In this document: one piece after another, positions 24,332 to 37,927 of the stretch
How positions within the stretch are numbered: the stretch's first letter is position 1
How the letters are laid out: each line of letters opens with the position of its first letter
Assembly: GCA_951406725.2 (NCBI GenBank)
Contig: OX597827.1
Location: forward strand, 4,712,001 to 4,776,000
From: Octopus vulgaris
Taxonomy: Eukaryota
Length of the DNA: 64,000 bases
Direction: 5' to 3'
Position numbers and translations under genes: made by a program
Notes under the pieces: generated by a model
Seen by the model: the letters and a program-made list of their open reading frames with translations, nothing else
Told to the model about the DNA's origin: nothing
The model's database searches: none

Positions 24332-26631
24332 TATGTTGATATAGAATATCTATATAAAAGATGATGATACATGTTTATATGCATGTGTACAGACACACAC
24401 ATGCACATATATATGTAACAAGTATGTATATACATAAATATATTAACTGATGTTCAGTTATCAATCAAATAATAGTAAAAATGCACATTATGAAAGAACT
24501 CTGTTATAAAATGGTAAGGATACTTTGTATCGTGTTCTTCACAGCATAGCTGGTTATTACATTTCATGGACTCTCAGAGAATACTGCTCCATGAGTGGGT
24601 GTGAAGTTTTGATGTACTCTAAATGCAGGTATATGTTGGAGCAAGGAATATTACAGTCGTGATTGTGATGTAAATTATTCTGATAATTATGATATTAAAG
24701 AAAGAAGATGCAAATCTTAAATATTTGTACAAAATAGCAATTCTGATATTGGTAGTGTTAGTGGTGGCGATGATGATGATGATGATGGTGGTGATGATCC
24801 CTGGTAGTGATGATGATGATGATGATTGTTTCTAAAAAATATCATCTATTAGAAACAACGATCTTTATTATAATAATAACTATTAAAAATGTCCTTTCAT
24901 GACTATCTTAATTAGTAGTAATATTCTTATCCCTGTCTTCGCTGCATATATATAAACCATACATATATATCCATACTTTGTTATTCTTTTCTGAAGTGGT
25001 GAGTCACAATGACATATATTCATTCAGAAGATGATGATGATGTTGATGATGATGATAATGAAGATGGTAGTTACGGGGGATGAAAATGTTGATGTTATTC
25101 AATATATGAATATTTGAAATTAATCAAGTCAGTTATTTTTCTTTCACCGAAAATAAGTAACATTGGATATCAATCTTGAGCTACAGCAATTTTCTGGTTC
25201 AGTTTGGTTAATTTTATTTTTTGAATAAATTTCAAAAATAGAAGTTATGTTACTTTAAAACTTTAAATATGAGTTCAAGAAGAATGAAGAAAAAAAATTA
25301 CCTGATGTGGGCATATTCCTTATATTCGCAAACAAGATATTCAAAGGATGGTCTGTACATATCTATTGTAAGTTACTTTATGTATTATCTCAAGAGAAAG
25401 AAATGATCCAATATGGAGGTTTTTCAGCTTTGTGTGATGAAAAATGGGATGCTCTTAGAATTTCTGTTTCATGGAAACTTTCTATAAGTGATCCTGTTTT
25501 ATATATGAGTTTCACCTAGCACTTCTTTTACCGAGATATTTAATGTGAATATATGCACATTTACACTATATATGTATGTGTGTATAACTATATATGTATA
25601 TATATATATTTTTTACACATATACACATACTTACATACACACCCAACTATATTCTCTTTGAAAAGTCCCAGCTTAATATTAAACCAGTTTATTAGTAGAT
25701 ATATGTATGAAAATATATCTTGTGTGATTCTTTTTTTTCTCTACATACACATACTAAATATTAATGCTTATCAAAAATATTTTTCTCACTTTAGTTACTT
25801 AAAAAAATAATTTTCTTTCTCTTTTGTTTTACACTCAATTCATTAATTTTCTTTTCCATTCATTATGTTCAATCATATTTTTTTCACTTATTTTGTTTTT
25901 AGCTTCAAATAATAAATTACGTTACAGAAAAGCTAACATTTAATAAATTTCGTGACTTCTCTTCTAAAATGGAATGCATGAACACTTCAACTTTTTCTAA
26001 ATATATATAGAGTATTTTTGTTTTTAGGTGGTGTGTAATGTAATAAGTTTCAGAATATGTATAAGTCAGTTAGTTTAAGTATCAATATTAATATATATAT
26101 ATCTGACAAGTTAAGCAAAAATCAATATAGTTGATGTTACAGTTGTTGTTTAGTCCCAGATCAGCCTCAATTGAGCAAATACATTGCTGACCATCTCATA
26201 ATTTTTTTTTCAAAATTATATATATATATATATAGACTCTAAGACTACATTATCCAATGCATTCTTTAAGAGAGTAGGCTGTAATTTGAAGGATATTTGG
26301 CAGCTAGGAATCGTGGTTAATATTCTATATAAATCCATAGTAGATAAATATTGTAAAATTTGAAAAGATGTGTTTAAATTTTATGTCAACCAATAATCTA
26401 TAAGTACTCATTCATTTCATTGTGTATGTATTTTTACCCTTAGACATTTGAAAACATAAATAAATACGAATAAATAGCATTTAAAGTTTGCTTTTAGGAA
26501 TGAAAATAAAAATATGGTTTTTGTGTGTGTGTCAAAAAATTTAATATTATATAAATATCATGAAAACTTTCTACAAATGATTTATCAGTAATATCCTGAA
26601 GCATAAAATTGAAAACTAACTTCTAAAAGTT

Positions 26632-26906
26632 TCACGAGCAGAGTTCTTTGGCTTTGTGCAAAGTTTTGTTATAAGAAGTGAAACTGTTCTTTGTTGGTAG
26701 ATCCCAGGGCTGAGATTGTGGAAAGTTAGGGTTGGTGTTATCTGCTTGTGTGCTTTTTAGGTTTACTATATTATTGCCTTGAGTAAAAAGATTAGTTTTA
26801 AGTCGATAGGAAGACCTAGGATTGGTACCTTTTGGTTTACTCATTGTCTGTGGTAAGGACTTCCTGCCTGTGTTAGGGGTATTTTCTTGAAGAGAAGATT
26901 TGAGGC
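26632..26906 (-). CDS. Pcdh: Protocadherin terminal coding exon (G-LKSSLQENTP...QPWDLPTKNSFTSYNKTLHKAKELCS*)
   Basis: Acceptor ttttttcttacattgttcttatgcag (AG at 26908-26907). The phase-1 join with exon 2 reads directly into track ORF 26632..26844 and ends at TGA. Confidence 0.82.
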
Positions 26907-27529
26907 CTGCATAAGAACAATGTAAGAAAAAAATACAATTAGCTTGATGGGAAAATTTTGAAGATTGTTAACCTTGTTTTCTTTTTTTTTTCTTCTGTAA
27001 AACACTGCATTTTGAATGGACTGGTCTCTTTTCATCATTAAGTTGCATATTTATAAGTTTATCTATATTTACTTAGAATGGGATTAGACTGAAGAACATC
27101 CATTACCCAACTGGTATCAACCTGTTAGGTCACATAGCTAAGGAAGTTTAAATCTGCTGTGAAGTAAATGCTCATTAGTTCAATCCCTATCCAAACATGT
27201 ACCTGACAATGAACAGAGACCAAAACTATCAAAAGTTAGTGTTTACAAAAGTACTTAAATGATGGTAGAGCCGGAGCTAACGGTCCAAAACATTTTCCCA
27301 TCAGTACTAAAATGTAGGCATATAACAATTGGCTTGTATCCATGTATCATTACTCTATTATTATTTTTAAATAATTCACATTAATTCTTACTTATAATTA
27401 GGACAAAATTTTAAATACAAATTTAATGGATTTATTTCTTACTGATAAGCTTCAACATAACAACAACTACACCACCACCAACAACAAGAACAACAATAAC
27501 AATAATAATAATGTTTATTATATAGGCAA

Positions 27530-28635
27530 AATTTTTTGTGATCCTAGGAAATCACTGTTGTTTTATTTTATCAACTCTTAAGAGACAAAAGGCAAGGCTG
27601 ACATTATGATTTGAGCAAACCTGGAATAGATACCACAAGGCTTATTTTTTTTTAAGCTACAATGACTCTGCCATTCTATCATCCTTAATAATTTTTTCTA
27701 ATTTAGGCACAATAATGTAGTTTTGGAGAGAGAGAGAGAGGAAGAGAGAGAGAGTGAGTTTGTTGATTATATTGAACCTAGTACTTCATAGTACATTGTT
27801 TCATCGATCGGAAAAGGATCGATGCAAAATTGGTCTTTTGGGGATTTTAACACAGGATGTAGAGACCAGGAACAAAAACCACAAAATATTTTCTACAACA
27901 TTTTAGTGATTCTACCATTTCATGCTCCTTTTATTAAGAAGGTTTTTTTTTATTTAGGCATGAGGCCAGTAATCCTGAAGGGTGGGGACCAGTTGATTAC
28001 TTAACTGGTATTTTATCAACCATGAGGGATGAAAGGCAAAGCTGATCCTTGTGGGAATTTAAATCTGAACAAGGAGAGTCAAAAGAAGTGCTGCAAAGCA
28101 TTATTCGGATACTCAGATGATTCTGCCAGCTCAGTTGCTTCTAGTATAGGCACATGGCTTGAAATTTGAAATTATCTATGTGGCTTGAAATACCATCAAT
28201 ACCAGTACTTGTCTAGTACCTTATTTTATTGACACTGGAGTCAAAGTTGACATTGGTGGGATTTGAACTGTGAACATAAAGAGCCAGAAGGAATACAGCA
28301 ATGCAATTACTTCAGGGCTCTAATGGGTCTGCCACGCCATTGCCCTTTATCCTACTGCTTCCACCACCATCATCACTACTACTACTACTTCTAATAAGAA
28401 TAATAATAGTAATAATAATAATGATTCTTTCTAATTTAGGCACAAATTTTTAGCAGAGGGTTAAAGTCTATTACATTCACTCCAGTACATGACTGGCACT
28501 TATTTTATCAACCCCAAAAGGATGAAAGGCAAAGTTGACCTCTATGAGATTTGAACTCAGAATGTAAAGATCTAAAACAAATACTGTAAAACATTTTTCT
28601 GGTGCTCTAACTATTCTGATAATTTGTCATCTTAA
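27530..28635 (-). repeat. Five head-to-tail old SINE family D copies in protocadherin intron
   Basis: Recurrent ttattttatcaac..ggatgaaaggcaaagttgac..gatttgaactcag blocks at about 27565, 27790, 28005, 28220 and 28500; reverse complement of the 46052-46275 element. Confidence 0.65.
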
Positions 28636-28823
28636 TAATGATAAATAGATAAATAATTCAATTTATGAAAGTAAATGTTTCTTTTGTAAAAATAAAAAAT
28701 TTCATTACAAGCTGAAGTTATTCTATCATTTGGAAATGAATAAATTTGGAGGAGAACAAGAAACTTTTATATGATTATAATATAATGATATTTTAAAGCA
28801 GTGAGTCTTTCTCATTTACTTAC

Positions 28824-28992
28824 CAGGTAAAGTTTCATAGTGCGCAGTGCTTGCTTCACTGCAGCCATGTCCACTGTCAGTTACAGAAGACATCGTTGAC
28901 ATCTCACTGAAACGGTCAGGGGACATAACCATATGTTGTTGATTTTTGCCAACAGCACAAGTCATTGCAAAATCTTGTAAGTTACCCTGTAC
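28824..28992 (-). CDS. Pcdh: Protocadherin coding exon 2 (cytoplasmic; VQGNLQDF...SPDRFSEMSTMSSVTDSGHGCSEASTAHYETLP-G)
   Basis: Long polypyrimidine tract + TAG acceptor (28995-28993), 169 nt open in phase 0, G|GTAAGT donor (28823-28818). Contains a DSGHG motif like the DSGxG cytoplasmic motif of delta-protocadherins. Confidence 0.88.
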
Positions 28993-31216
28993 CTAGCAAA
29001 CCGAACAAAAAAAAAGACAAAAACAACAAAACAAAAAAAAAACACTAATTGTGCATATGCTACAATATTTGAGATCTCATAATTGCCAATAGTTTATGTA
29101 AGAAAAACACATTTTTCATTTATATAAGTGTGGATTCATATATTGTGAGATAAAGTTTGGAATTATTGTTTTTGTTGCTATACTTTTTTATGTAATTGTT
29201 GTGCATATTTATTGATCTTGAATATTGTTTTCGATGTGTCTTTTTTTTTTCACTACCTTAACTTTCATTAAATTTTACTTCAAACAAAACTGACTATATT
29301 ATCTTTGATGTCAGCTCATGTTTGATTATTTTACTCTATTAATTCAAAGTTAGAAATGAAAATTATTTTATGTCTGTAATAAAACTATGTATAAAATATT
29401 AAAGAGCAATATTTTCATTAATTTAAACTGTATCTTATTAGTTGCTGTGAACTTCTAAATTCATAGATTTGTAATTTATAACCAGGCCTAAAATATGAGT
29501 TGGCCAAATCTATCTTTAATGAAATATTTGTTATGCAAAAGTTTATGTAGAAGCCAAATAATTAATAACTTAATGAGAACAACAAGTAAATTATGACCAT
29601 TCTTTTGTATCCTTCTTTAGTTAAAAAAATTGTTGAAAACTTAGAGCTTTAAAGAAAATCCAGTCTCATTGTATTAAGAACCATAGTTTTTGCCAGATAT
29701 TATTTATATTACATCATCTCCTCACTGAAAGGGTCATTGTCCCTTCACTCATATGCCAGTTAAGAACAACCAAATATTCTATTATTTTTATCGTTACTCA
29801 AAATACCTCAGAAGTAAAATATCGCTGAATAATTTTTTCTGTGTTTACCTAAGTCTTTTTCATATTTTAATAGCAATTTTGAGTTACTGTAATAAATGTA
29901 AAAGATCTTAGATCAATATTGGATCAAATGATTTTAAGCAATATATGATACTGAAGGAAAGTATAGCAAGTTTAATTTCAGTTTCTGGCAAAATTTTGAC
30001 TTTGCTAGTCTCTGTGACTTAGAATTTTAAAATGTTGCTAGAATACTTTATTTTGATGTTAATTTTCCAGTTAAACTAATCTGATAGATTAGAAAAATAA
30101 ACTGTGCCCATTTATATAAATAAGATTTCTTTTCTTTATATTGTCTTTTATTGATAAAAAGAAGAAAGAAGTATACTCTTCATCTCTCAAATTAAACAGT
30201 ATCAAAAGCAAAATTTTTATTTTCATTTTGATGGATTGAGATTTATAAAATTGGGAGAAAGCCAATAAGTATGAGCTATATTTAGTAACTCTTTGTGCAG
30301 AGGGAATTAATGAAAGTTATAAGTAGTATTGTTCAAAGTTATTGAAGATGGCAACTTGGCTTCAGTAATTTGTTTTTAGTGTAATGCAGGAAAAGAGCTC
30401 ATTTACATAATGTTTGTGGAAAATCCAATTGAATTGCTTTCACATTAATTTTTCAGTGGTATGTTAGTGGTGTATAGTTATTTAAAGCGGAGCAATGTTT
30501 GAGTAGTTGTGTAGGTTGATATATCTTGAGAACATTTTACTTTTGTGAGGAACTTAATGAGATATTCAACTTCATATGAAGGCAATATCGTGTTGTGTCT
30601 ATTTATAGAGCTTTCCCTAAACCTTACTTCCATATTAGTCTGTGAAATTACAAATTTATCTCACACAGTTTTCTTCCAAGTAATCAATTAACTATTCACT
30701 TAACACAAACTCTCTTTATAATTTTCCGATGATTTCTCTTTCAATTTATCTTTACATAAGATTTTTATCATATTCTTTTTAATTTCAAAATAGCTCTGAA
30801 CATTACGACCTTCAGGCAATGTTTAAATTGCCAAATAATTGTGATATAGGGTTTTACTTACTTTCTATTTACCTAAATCAATCTCAGTACCTAAAATTCA
30901 TTAAAGAATAATATCAATATTCTTTATCATTCTATTACCAACTAATCATGGAGCCAAATCTCCTGATATAACACGTAAATCTATGGAAACCTATTTAGGT
31001 TTTGTATCACTAGCACTATAAAAAATAACCTCCTTTTTCTTAAACATTTTACAAACCATTGTAGTTTTATTTTTTAAAAAATCACTTGTTATACCTGTAT
31101 CGCAATATATTATAAAACTGGGTGAAAAATAAAGAGATCTTACTTTTGTACATCTACTCATGTAAAATCTTTCTCCCATTCTTTTACTACTATTCTTAAA
31201 TGATAACTACTATATA

Positions 31217-31462
31217 AAAATAAAAATAAATGCGCCCTTTTAAAGCCTAGCCAGGCTCACGGGCCCGGTTTCCTGGTTTCAGTGGCCTATGTGTTCTTCA
31301 GCTGGATGGGACACCAGTCCATCACAGCGTTACTCATTTTTGTCAGCTGAGTGGACTGGAGCAACGTGAAATGAACACAATGCATCACCTGGTCCAGGAA
31401 TTGAAACCACAATCTTACAATCATAATGCTGACACCCTAACCATTAAGCCACGTGCTTCCAC
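31217..31462 (-). mobile_element. tRNA-derived SINE family E with TSD
   Basis: Head GGAAGCACGTGGCTTAATGGTTAGGG...GGTTTCAATTCCT; TSD aactactatata at 31205-31216 and 31463-31474. Confidence 0.8.
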
Positions 31463-33360
31463 AACTACTATATACTTAAAATGAAATTATCTTCAATAAA
31501 GATTATGATCTATCTGAGGAATCAATAACTTCCAAATAAATAGTATTTATAGATATTCTCTGTCAAATGAATTTCAAAATCAGTATGTCCCCATTTCTGA
31601 AATTTTTTATCTAGGATTTCATCTTCCTGTTTGTTGTTGAACCCTTTCTACCTAGATTCACTCAATCAAATAATCAATAAAATCAGCTTTTTCTCTTTCA
31701 CTGCTGGGTAAAGGATTTCTTAATACCCCATGACTTTTGGCTGCCTGACCTCTGTAGCAGTTTCATTTCTTTTGGGGTACTTGTGATGTTAGTGCATATA
31801 TTTGGTTGGTAATCATAACTCTTATGGCATATCTCCTATCCTCAATCTTAGAGACAATGGTTAAACCTTAGTTGAATTCCACTAACCAACATGAATAACT
31901 ATTACAGTTATTGGATTTATAAGTCAATAAATCTTAAATGAATTTTGTAGAGGCAAGATTACTGAATGGCTAAGGTGATGAACTACTTGCCTGTATTTTG
32001 TTGTGGGTTTTTTTTTTTTTTTGTAGAGTAATCTATATTGTCTCAGATCTGTAGCTGTTTGAAGTTGGTACTAAATCATCTAGGAATGTTACTGATGATA
32101 TAGTAGTATCCTGTTCAGAGAAAGATTTATCTCTTTTTGTTTATGTCATTAAACTAGAGTTAAATACCAGCTCTTAGGTGCCCCACTCCCACCCCATTTA
32201 AAGATATTTGATTTTATGTAAATGAATCCTGTATAAAACTGTCAACAAAGTGTCACATCTTGTAGCTATTTGTTTCATAGCAAGTATAATAGGGAAAATA
32301 TTGCCAGAATGAATGTCTTGAATGGAATTTACAAAATCATGATACAATTATGTTACAATTATCTCTTGATTATGATAGATAGAAGATACCAATGAGTTGA
32401 AAATTGAGATAAGAAACATATGAAATACGAATGATAGTGTTTTCTTCTTTTTTTTCTTAGTGATGGAAACTGATGACTTTAAATTAGAATTAATAAAACA
32501 AGATATGAATGTTTGTGTAAAACTTTGCTGCTATATATTTTATAATTGATTGGAATACTTAGCAGTGATCTACAGCAATCATGATATGAATAAATGTATT
32601 CACCCACCAATTGCATGCGAATGTCTCAACAATAAAGATATTGCATGTAGATGTTTTAATAGTGAACATGTTTAGACATATCTAAAAGCTTGTCAGCTGA
32701 ATATGAATATTCTGAAGAAATTGTCATAAAATTTTAGGGAATGGGAAGAAGCAGAATTTGTTAGATAAATGATGTCTGGAAAGCATTGCTGCATACAAGT
32801 ATATTTTGCATAGGTAGTATGTATAGCTTTAAAATGAATAATGTATGACTAAATGTATTTTCTTTAAATATTGTTGAAAGAATTTTCAGATTAAAAATGA
32901 TTGAGTGTCAATATAAAACAAAGATAACAAAGAACATGCTTTCAAAAATGTTTTAGCAAGATTGAGACTGTGAGTAGACTAATAGACTAATAATACATGA
33001 CAACCCTACCTTATATTCTCAGACATAAACAATTTCATTTAAATGTAAATTTAATTGGAATCTTTTTTTTTTATAAACTTACATTACCAGAAACGTTTTA
33101 CATTATAGTCATTTTTTTTTTCAAATTAGATAGTTTACAGATGTTGAATTAAGATATAACAGATATAATAATGAAAATAGCAAATAAAGAAATACAGTGT
33201 AAGATTTTTACTTATTTTATATATCATTTATTTCTAATTGTAACTATTATTATTATGCAGTTCATTGTTAGAAACAAATAAATGAATATATCAATACTAG
33301 CCAATAGCATTTTATAAACAATCAACTGTAGAGAACTGTGACAAAATTTAAGAAACTTAC

Positions 33361-35745
33361 TTGGTATGCTTCTGGTGTAATACTATGAAGTTGTACTCCT
33401 AATGATGATCCTTTCCAGCTCTGTCCAGGTTTGTACATGGACTGAGGTTCTCTTCTTAAAAGAGTTGTTTTAGAATTTCTCATTTGCTTTGGATCTGATA
33501 AAATAGTTATAGGAACATCATATTTTGGAGAGTCTTGTTCACAAACGTATCCAGATGGCCTTCTCTCACCAACAAAGTCTTGAGTAGCACCATAATGGTT
33601 TTCTTTTTGATTTCTTTTATGAACAACACAAACAATTACAGAAACTACAATAGCAACAGAAACTATCACTGCTGCTACTACTATAATAATCATCAAATTA
33701 ATATGTATTCTGTTGTCTGATTCTGTGTCTTCAGCTGTGTACATTTTGGCTGTTGTATTGCTAACAGTTAGTGTCAAAGACAGTGTGGTTGTTGCTGATA
33801 AAACTGGTGTACCATTATCTTTGACAGCTAATTTTAGATTATATGATCCAGCATCATTTTGGTAAACTGTACGAGAGAATGACAAAACTCCTGAGTAAGG
33901 GTTAACTTTAAATAACTGTTTGTCATTGCCTCCAAGTATTTCATACCTGAGGAAGGCATTAACATGTTTGTCTCTGTCGGAGGCTCTTAATGTTGTAATA
34001 TCACTGTTACTCTGTGGATGGTGATGGAAATCTAGATTGAAAGGGTTAACACTAGGGAAAGTAAAATAGGGAGTATTATCATTTTTATCCATAACTTCAA
34101 CAACAACGTTAGCTGTGTTGTTAAGAGATGGTCTACCGTTATCTTTTACTAACACTTTAAATCTGTAAATGTCATGTTGTTCACGGTCTAAAGACTGAGT
34201 AGTTGATATGAATCCTAAATGAGAGATTTTAAAGGGAAGAACACTCCCATCTCTGCTTATAAGAAAATAAGATAATTCACCTCCTGATCCAAGATCAGGG
34301 TCGGTTGCATTGATGAAGCCTACTGGAAAATTTCTATTTTCATTTTCATAGGTTAAAAATTCAAAAGTATCTTTAGTAAATGTTGGTTGTACATCATTAA
34401 CATCTGATACTTGCACTGAAAATCGTTTCTCAGTTTTTAATGGTGGAGATCCTTTGTCTTCACATGTGATGGTAAAATCTATGTGGTTTTCTACTTCTCT
34501 GTCAACTGTTTTCTTAATAACAACTTTATACTTTTTACGTGCAAGAGCCTGAAGTTGAAAGTGATCATGATTAATATAACAAGAAACTTCATTATCATCC
34601 GTGACCTTTACATAAGCAATAAAACTACCAACTTTTACACCCTCTGAAATGCTTGGCAAATTTTCTGGTGATTTTGCTATAAAATTCATATCTATATCAG
34701 GAGGGTTGTTCTCTTGATTATTTATATTAACTAAAACCAGAGCAACTGAACCCAAGGAAGGATTACCTCCATCCTTTGCTTTAACAAACAATTTATATAC
34801 CTTCTTTGAACCTGTTGGAAACTTTTGCACCATCCAGATTTCCCCTGTTGATTCATTTAATTTAAAATAGGCTCTGGCACTCTCTGATGTTTTGGGACTG
34901 AATTTGTACATTACTTTGCCATTTTCACCAGCATCCAAATCAGTTGTAGTTAAAGTGACTATAGGCATTGATCTTTGATAACCATTTTTAATAGAAACAT
35001 TGTAAATATTTTGGGAGAAGACTGGAGAGTTGTCATTTTCATCTCGAACTGATATTTGGAGATTAAGAACACCTTCTCTAGGGGGATGGCCTCCATCTTT
35101 TGCAATAACTTGAAGCTGATAAGAATCTTGTTTTTCTCTGTCAAGTTTCTTTTGTAAAATAATACCGAGTTTGGATGTACCATCCATATTTTTTGAAACT
35201 GATAATGTGAAAAGACCATCATTATTGTTCTTTAGTAAATATGTTATTTGTGAATTTTGTATACCTACATCTTTGTCTATGGCATTAGGTATAGATTTTT
35301 TTGTTCCTTTGCCATCAGTTTCATCGAATGTCAGGTTAATTTGTTTACTTGGAAATTCTGGCTTGTTATCATTTACATCTTCAATAACTATTTTTACCTC
35401 CAGTATCCTTATAAAGGATTTTTCTTGCTGGACTGCTACATCTACCATTTTGAAACATTCTACATTGGATTTACAAAGAGTTTCTGCATCTAGTCTTTGA
35501 GCTGTGTATAATTTGCCTGATTTGGCAACATTGAACAACTGTGAGTTGTTAGTATTCCCTTGGTGAAGCTGACTGAACCAAATATTGCTGTCATCCTTTG
35601 GAGATATGTTGCTTAATAATTTTGTGTCTGCTGCAATATCGCCAACAAAAGTTCTTGGGTTGCTCTCTTCATCTATACGGTAGACAAGATCTACACATAA
35701 GGATGTTTCCAGAATAAATAATAGGACATATACTTGAGTTAACAT
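33361..35745 (-). CDS. Pcdh: Protocadherin coding exon 1 (795 codons): signal peptide, six cadherin repeats, TM helix, proximal cytoplasmic region
   Basis: 807-aa ORF with hydrophobic N-terminus, cadherin motifs (LDAE/LDRE, DVNDNKPEF, DENDNSPVF, DVNDVQPTF, DKNDNTPYF, AxDGG/DKG) and TM segment INLMIIIVVAAVIVSVAIVVSVIVCVV. GTAAGT donor (plus-strand acttac, 33355-33360) follows ...EAYQ in phase 0, so the ORF's last 12 aa are probably intronic. An ectodomain in one exon is typical of protocadherins. Confidence 0.96.
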
Positions 35746-37209
35746 GTTCTCATCTATAAATTTGTATCTTGAGGAAGAAGCATGAATACATCTGAAATAA
35801 AATGTTTATATTATTTAGAATAAAATCATTATATTTGGTATTGATTATACGAAGACAATAAATTATATTTATCTTCATTTGGAGTCTTTAAGTAGTTTTA
35901 ATTTTGCATCATAAATATTTTTCTAAAATGAAAATGTTAAATAATGCTGAATGGCCTCTGGTAGAAATGTAAAATCTACTTTGTCTGAACAACAAAATAA
36001 ATTAGCTATTCCTTTGAGAAATAGCAGTCTAAATAATAATATATATGGTAGCTTAAAATAATGCATGCAATAATGTTATACATATATGTGTGTGTGTGTG
36101 TGTGTGAGTGTGTGTGTGTGTGTGTGTGAGTGTGTGTGTGTGCGTGTGTGTGTGTATGTGTAATCATTGCATAAATTCTAATATATCTTTCTCTATCTTT
36201 TATCCAATCCATTATTAAATAAATTTCCTAAATGTGCAAGATGTAAGAAAATGCTTGAGTGTAAGCAATTAGTAGTAAAAATAGAAATGTTAAAAGCTAC
36301 TATTCTGAAAAGCTAAATCCATTATCATTGATTAAAGCAATTTAATATTTCCTTATCTGCAGTAGTGGCAAAATCTAGTTAAGAGCTACCATTTCCTCAG
36401 GCTAGTAGAGAAAATAGAGTGAGAAATAGAATGAGCAGCAGAGAAAAGGTGAGATAAAGTAGCCAACTAGGAGAGTAGATTCTTAGCAAATCTTGCTGGC
36501 TTAATATAAGAAATTAAAAAAATAAATAAAATAAAATGCACATCAACTACAACAACAGCTTCTGATATAAGATAAAATTTATCTCTACAGCAAGCTTTGC
36601 TGACAGTTTGCATGCAATTAAATGAACACATTTAAACTAGTTTGGAAAACTGAAGCCATTTTCTCAAAACTGCAAGTATTATTCTAATGAGAAAACAAAT
36701 TAATATAAGAGCAATATATCATAAAATTTGCTTCAGATATAGACAAGCTGACAAACAATGTTCATATTATATAGAAAGGAAAATATTTAAAAGAATACTG
36801 ACATACACATATACATGTAAAATATGTGTGTGTGTGTGTGTGTGTATACACTATAGAGAAAGAGAACATATTTTCTTTAAATAATTAATAAAACCATTAA
36901 TCTTTAATATTCTGGGTGTATTTAGGAAAATGTAATTTTGCTAAGTATTAAATAAAAGAAAAATTAATTTGGCTTCAATAATATTTATGCAATTTTGAAA
37001 TGTAGTCGTTTATATGTGTATCAATTGATTTGCTAAGTTATCTATTTATATGAAAATGGATGTGTGTGTTGGGGTGTGTTTTTGTGATTATATGCATGCG
37101 TTTATGTGTGTGTATGTACGTATGCTAAAAATGTGTGTATATATCTGTATTGATACATATATAGCTATATTTATGTGTGTTTGTAAATATGTGTGTGTGT
37201 ATACATAAT

Positions 37210-37241
<32 letters not shown>

Positions 37242-37886
37242 TATATACACACATGTGTGCATGCATATCTGATGTGTCTATGAGTGCATGTATGTGTGTA
37301 TGTGTATATATATATATGTGTGTGTGTGTGTGTATGATCATATATTTGTGTGTGTGTGTGTGTATCTGTGGTGTATATACACACATTCATGCATTGAAAA
37401 TATATGTGAGAGTGTGTGTGTATACACACCTATAATATTATCTTTTAGCCAGAGTGGAGGCAGTACCCATAACCTTTTACAGCCGCTCAGACCCTGGCAA
37501 GAGATAGGGTGGAAGGTATCCTCAAATGAAAGATCTGATCTGAAAGTCAGAGAAATAGAGTGGGTCACATGGAAAGAACTCAGAATGCTAGTTGGTGATG
37601 TGAAAGCATGTGACAGATTATATCTATCACTCAGGAAGACCTTAGCAGGATTTCAATTTAGAATACAATGAGCTGAAACAAATACAACAAGGTATTTTGT
37701 CCAACATTCTTACAGTTCAGGTAATCAACTGCATTGGATTAATACTTGTCAATGGAATTTCAGTGTGGGAAAATTACCACCAATGCTTCAACAACTCTCC
37801 TAATTCACTTCATGTGTGCACGTGTGCATGCACACACTCACACAGACACATACACAGACAGACAGACAGACAGACACACACACACA

Positions 37887-37927
<41 letters not shown>

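Noticed and set aside
33322-33360. C-terminal VSFLNFVTVLYS* of the 807-aa ORF
   Set aside because: Follows a perfect GTAAGT donor and compatible downstream exons exist; most likely intron read-through.
33535-35500. Plus-strand and alternative-frame ORFs overlapping the protocadherin exon
   Set aside because: Shadow ORFs with no recognisable motifs.
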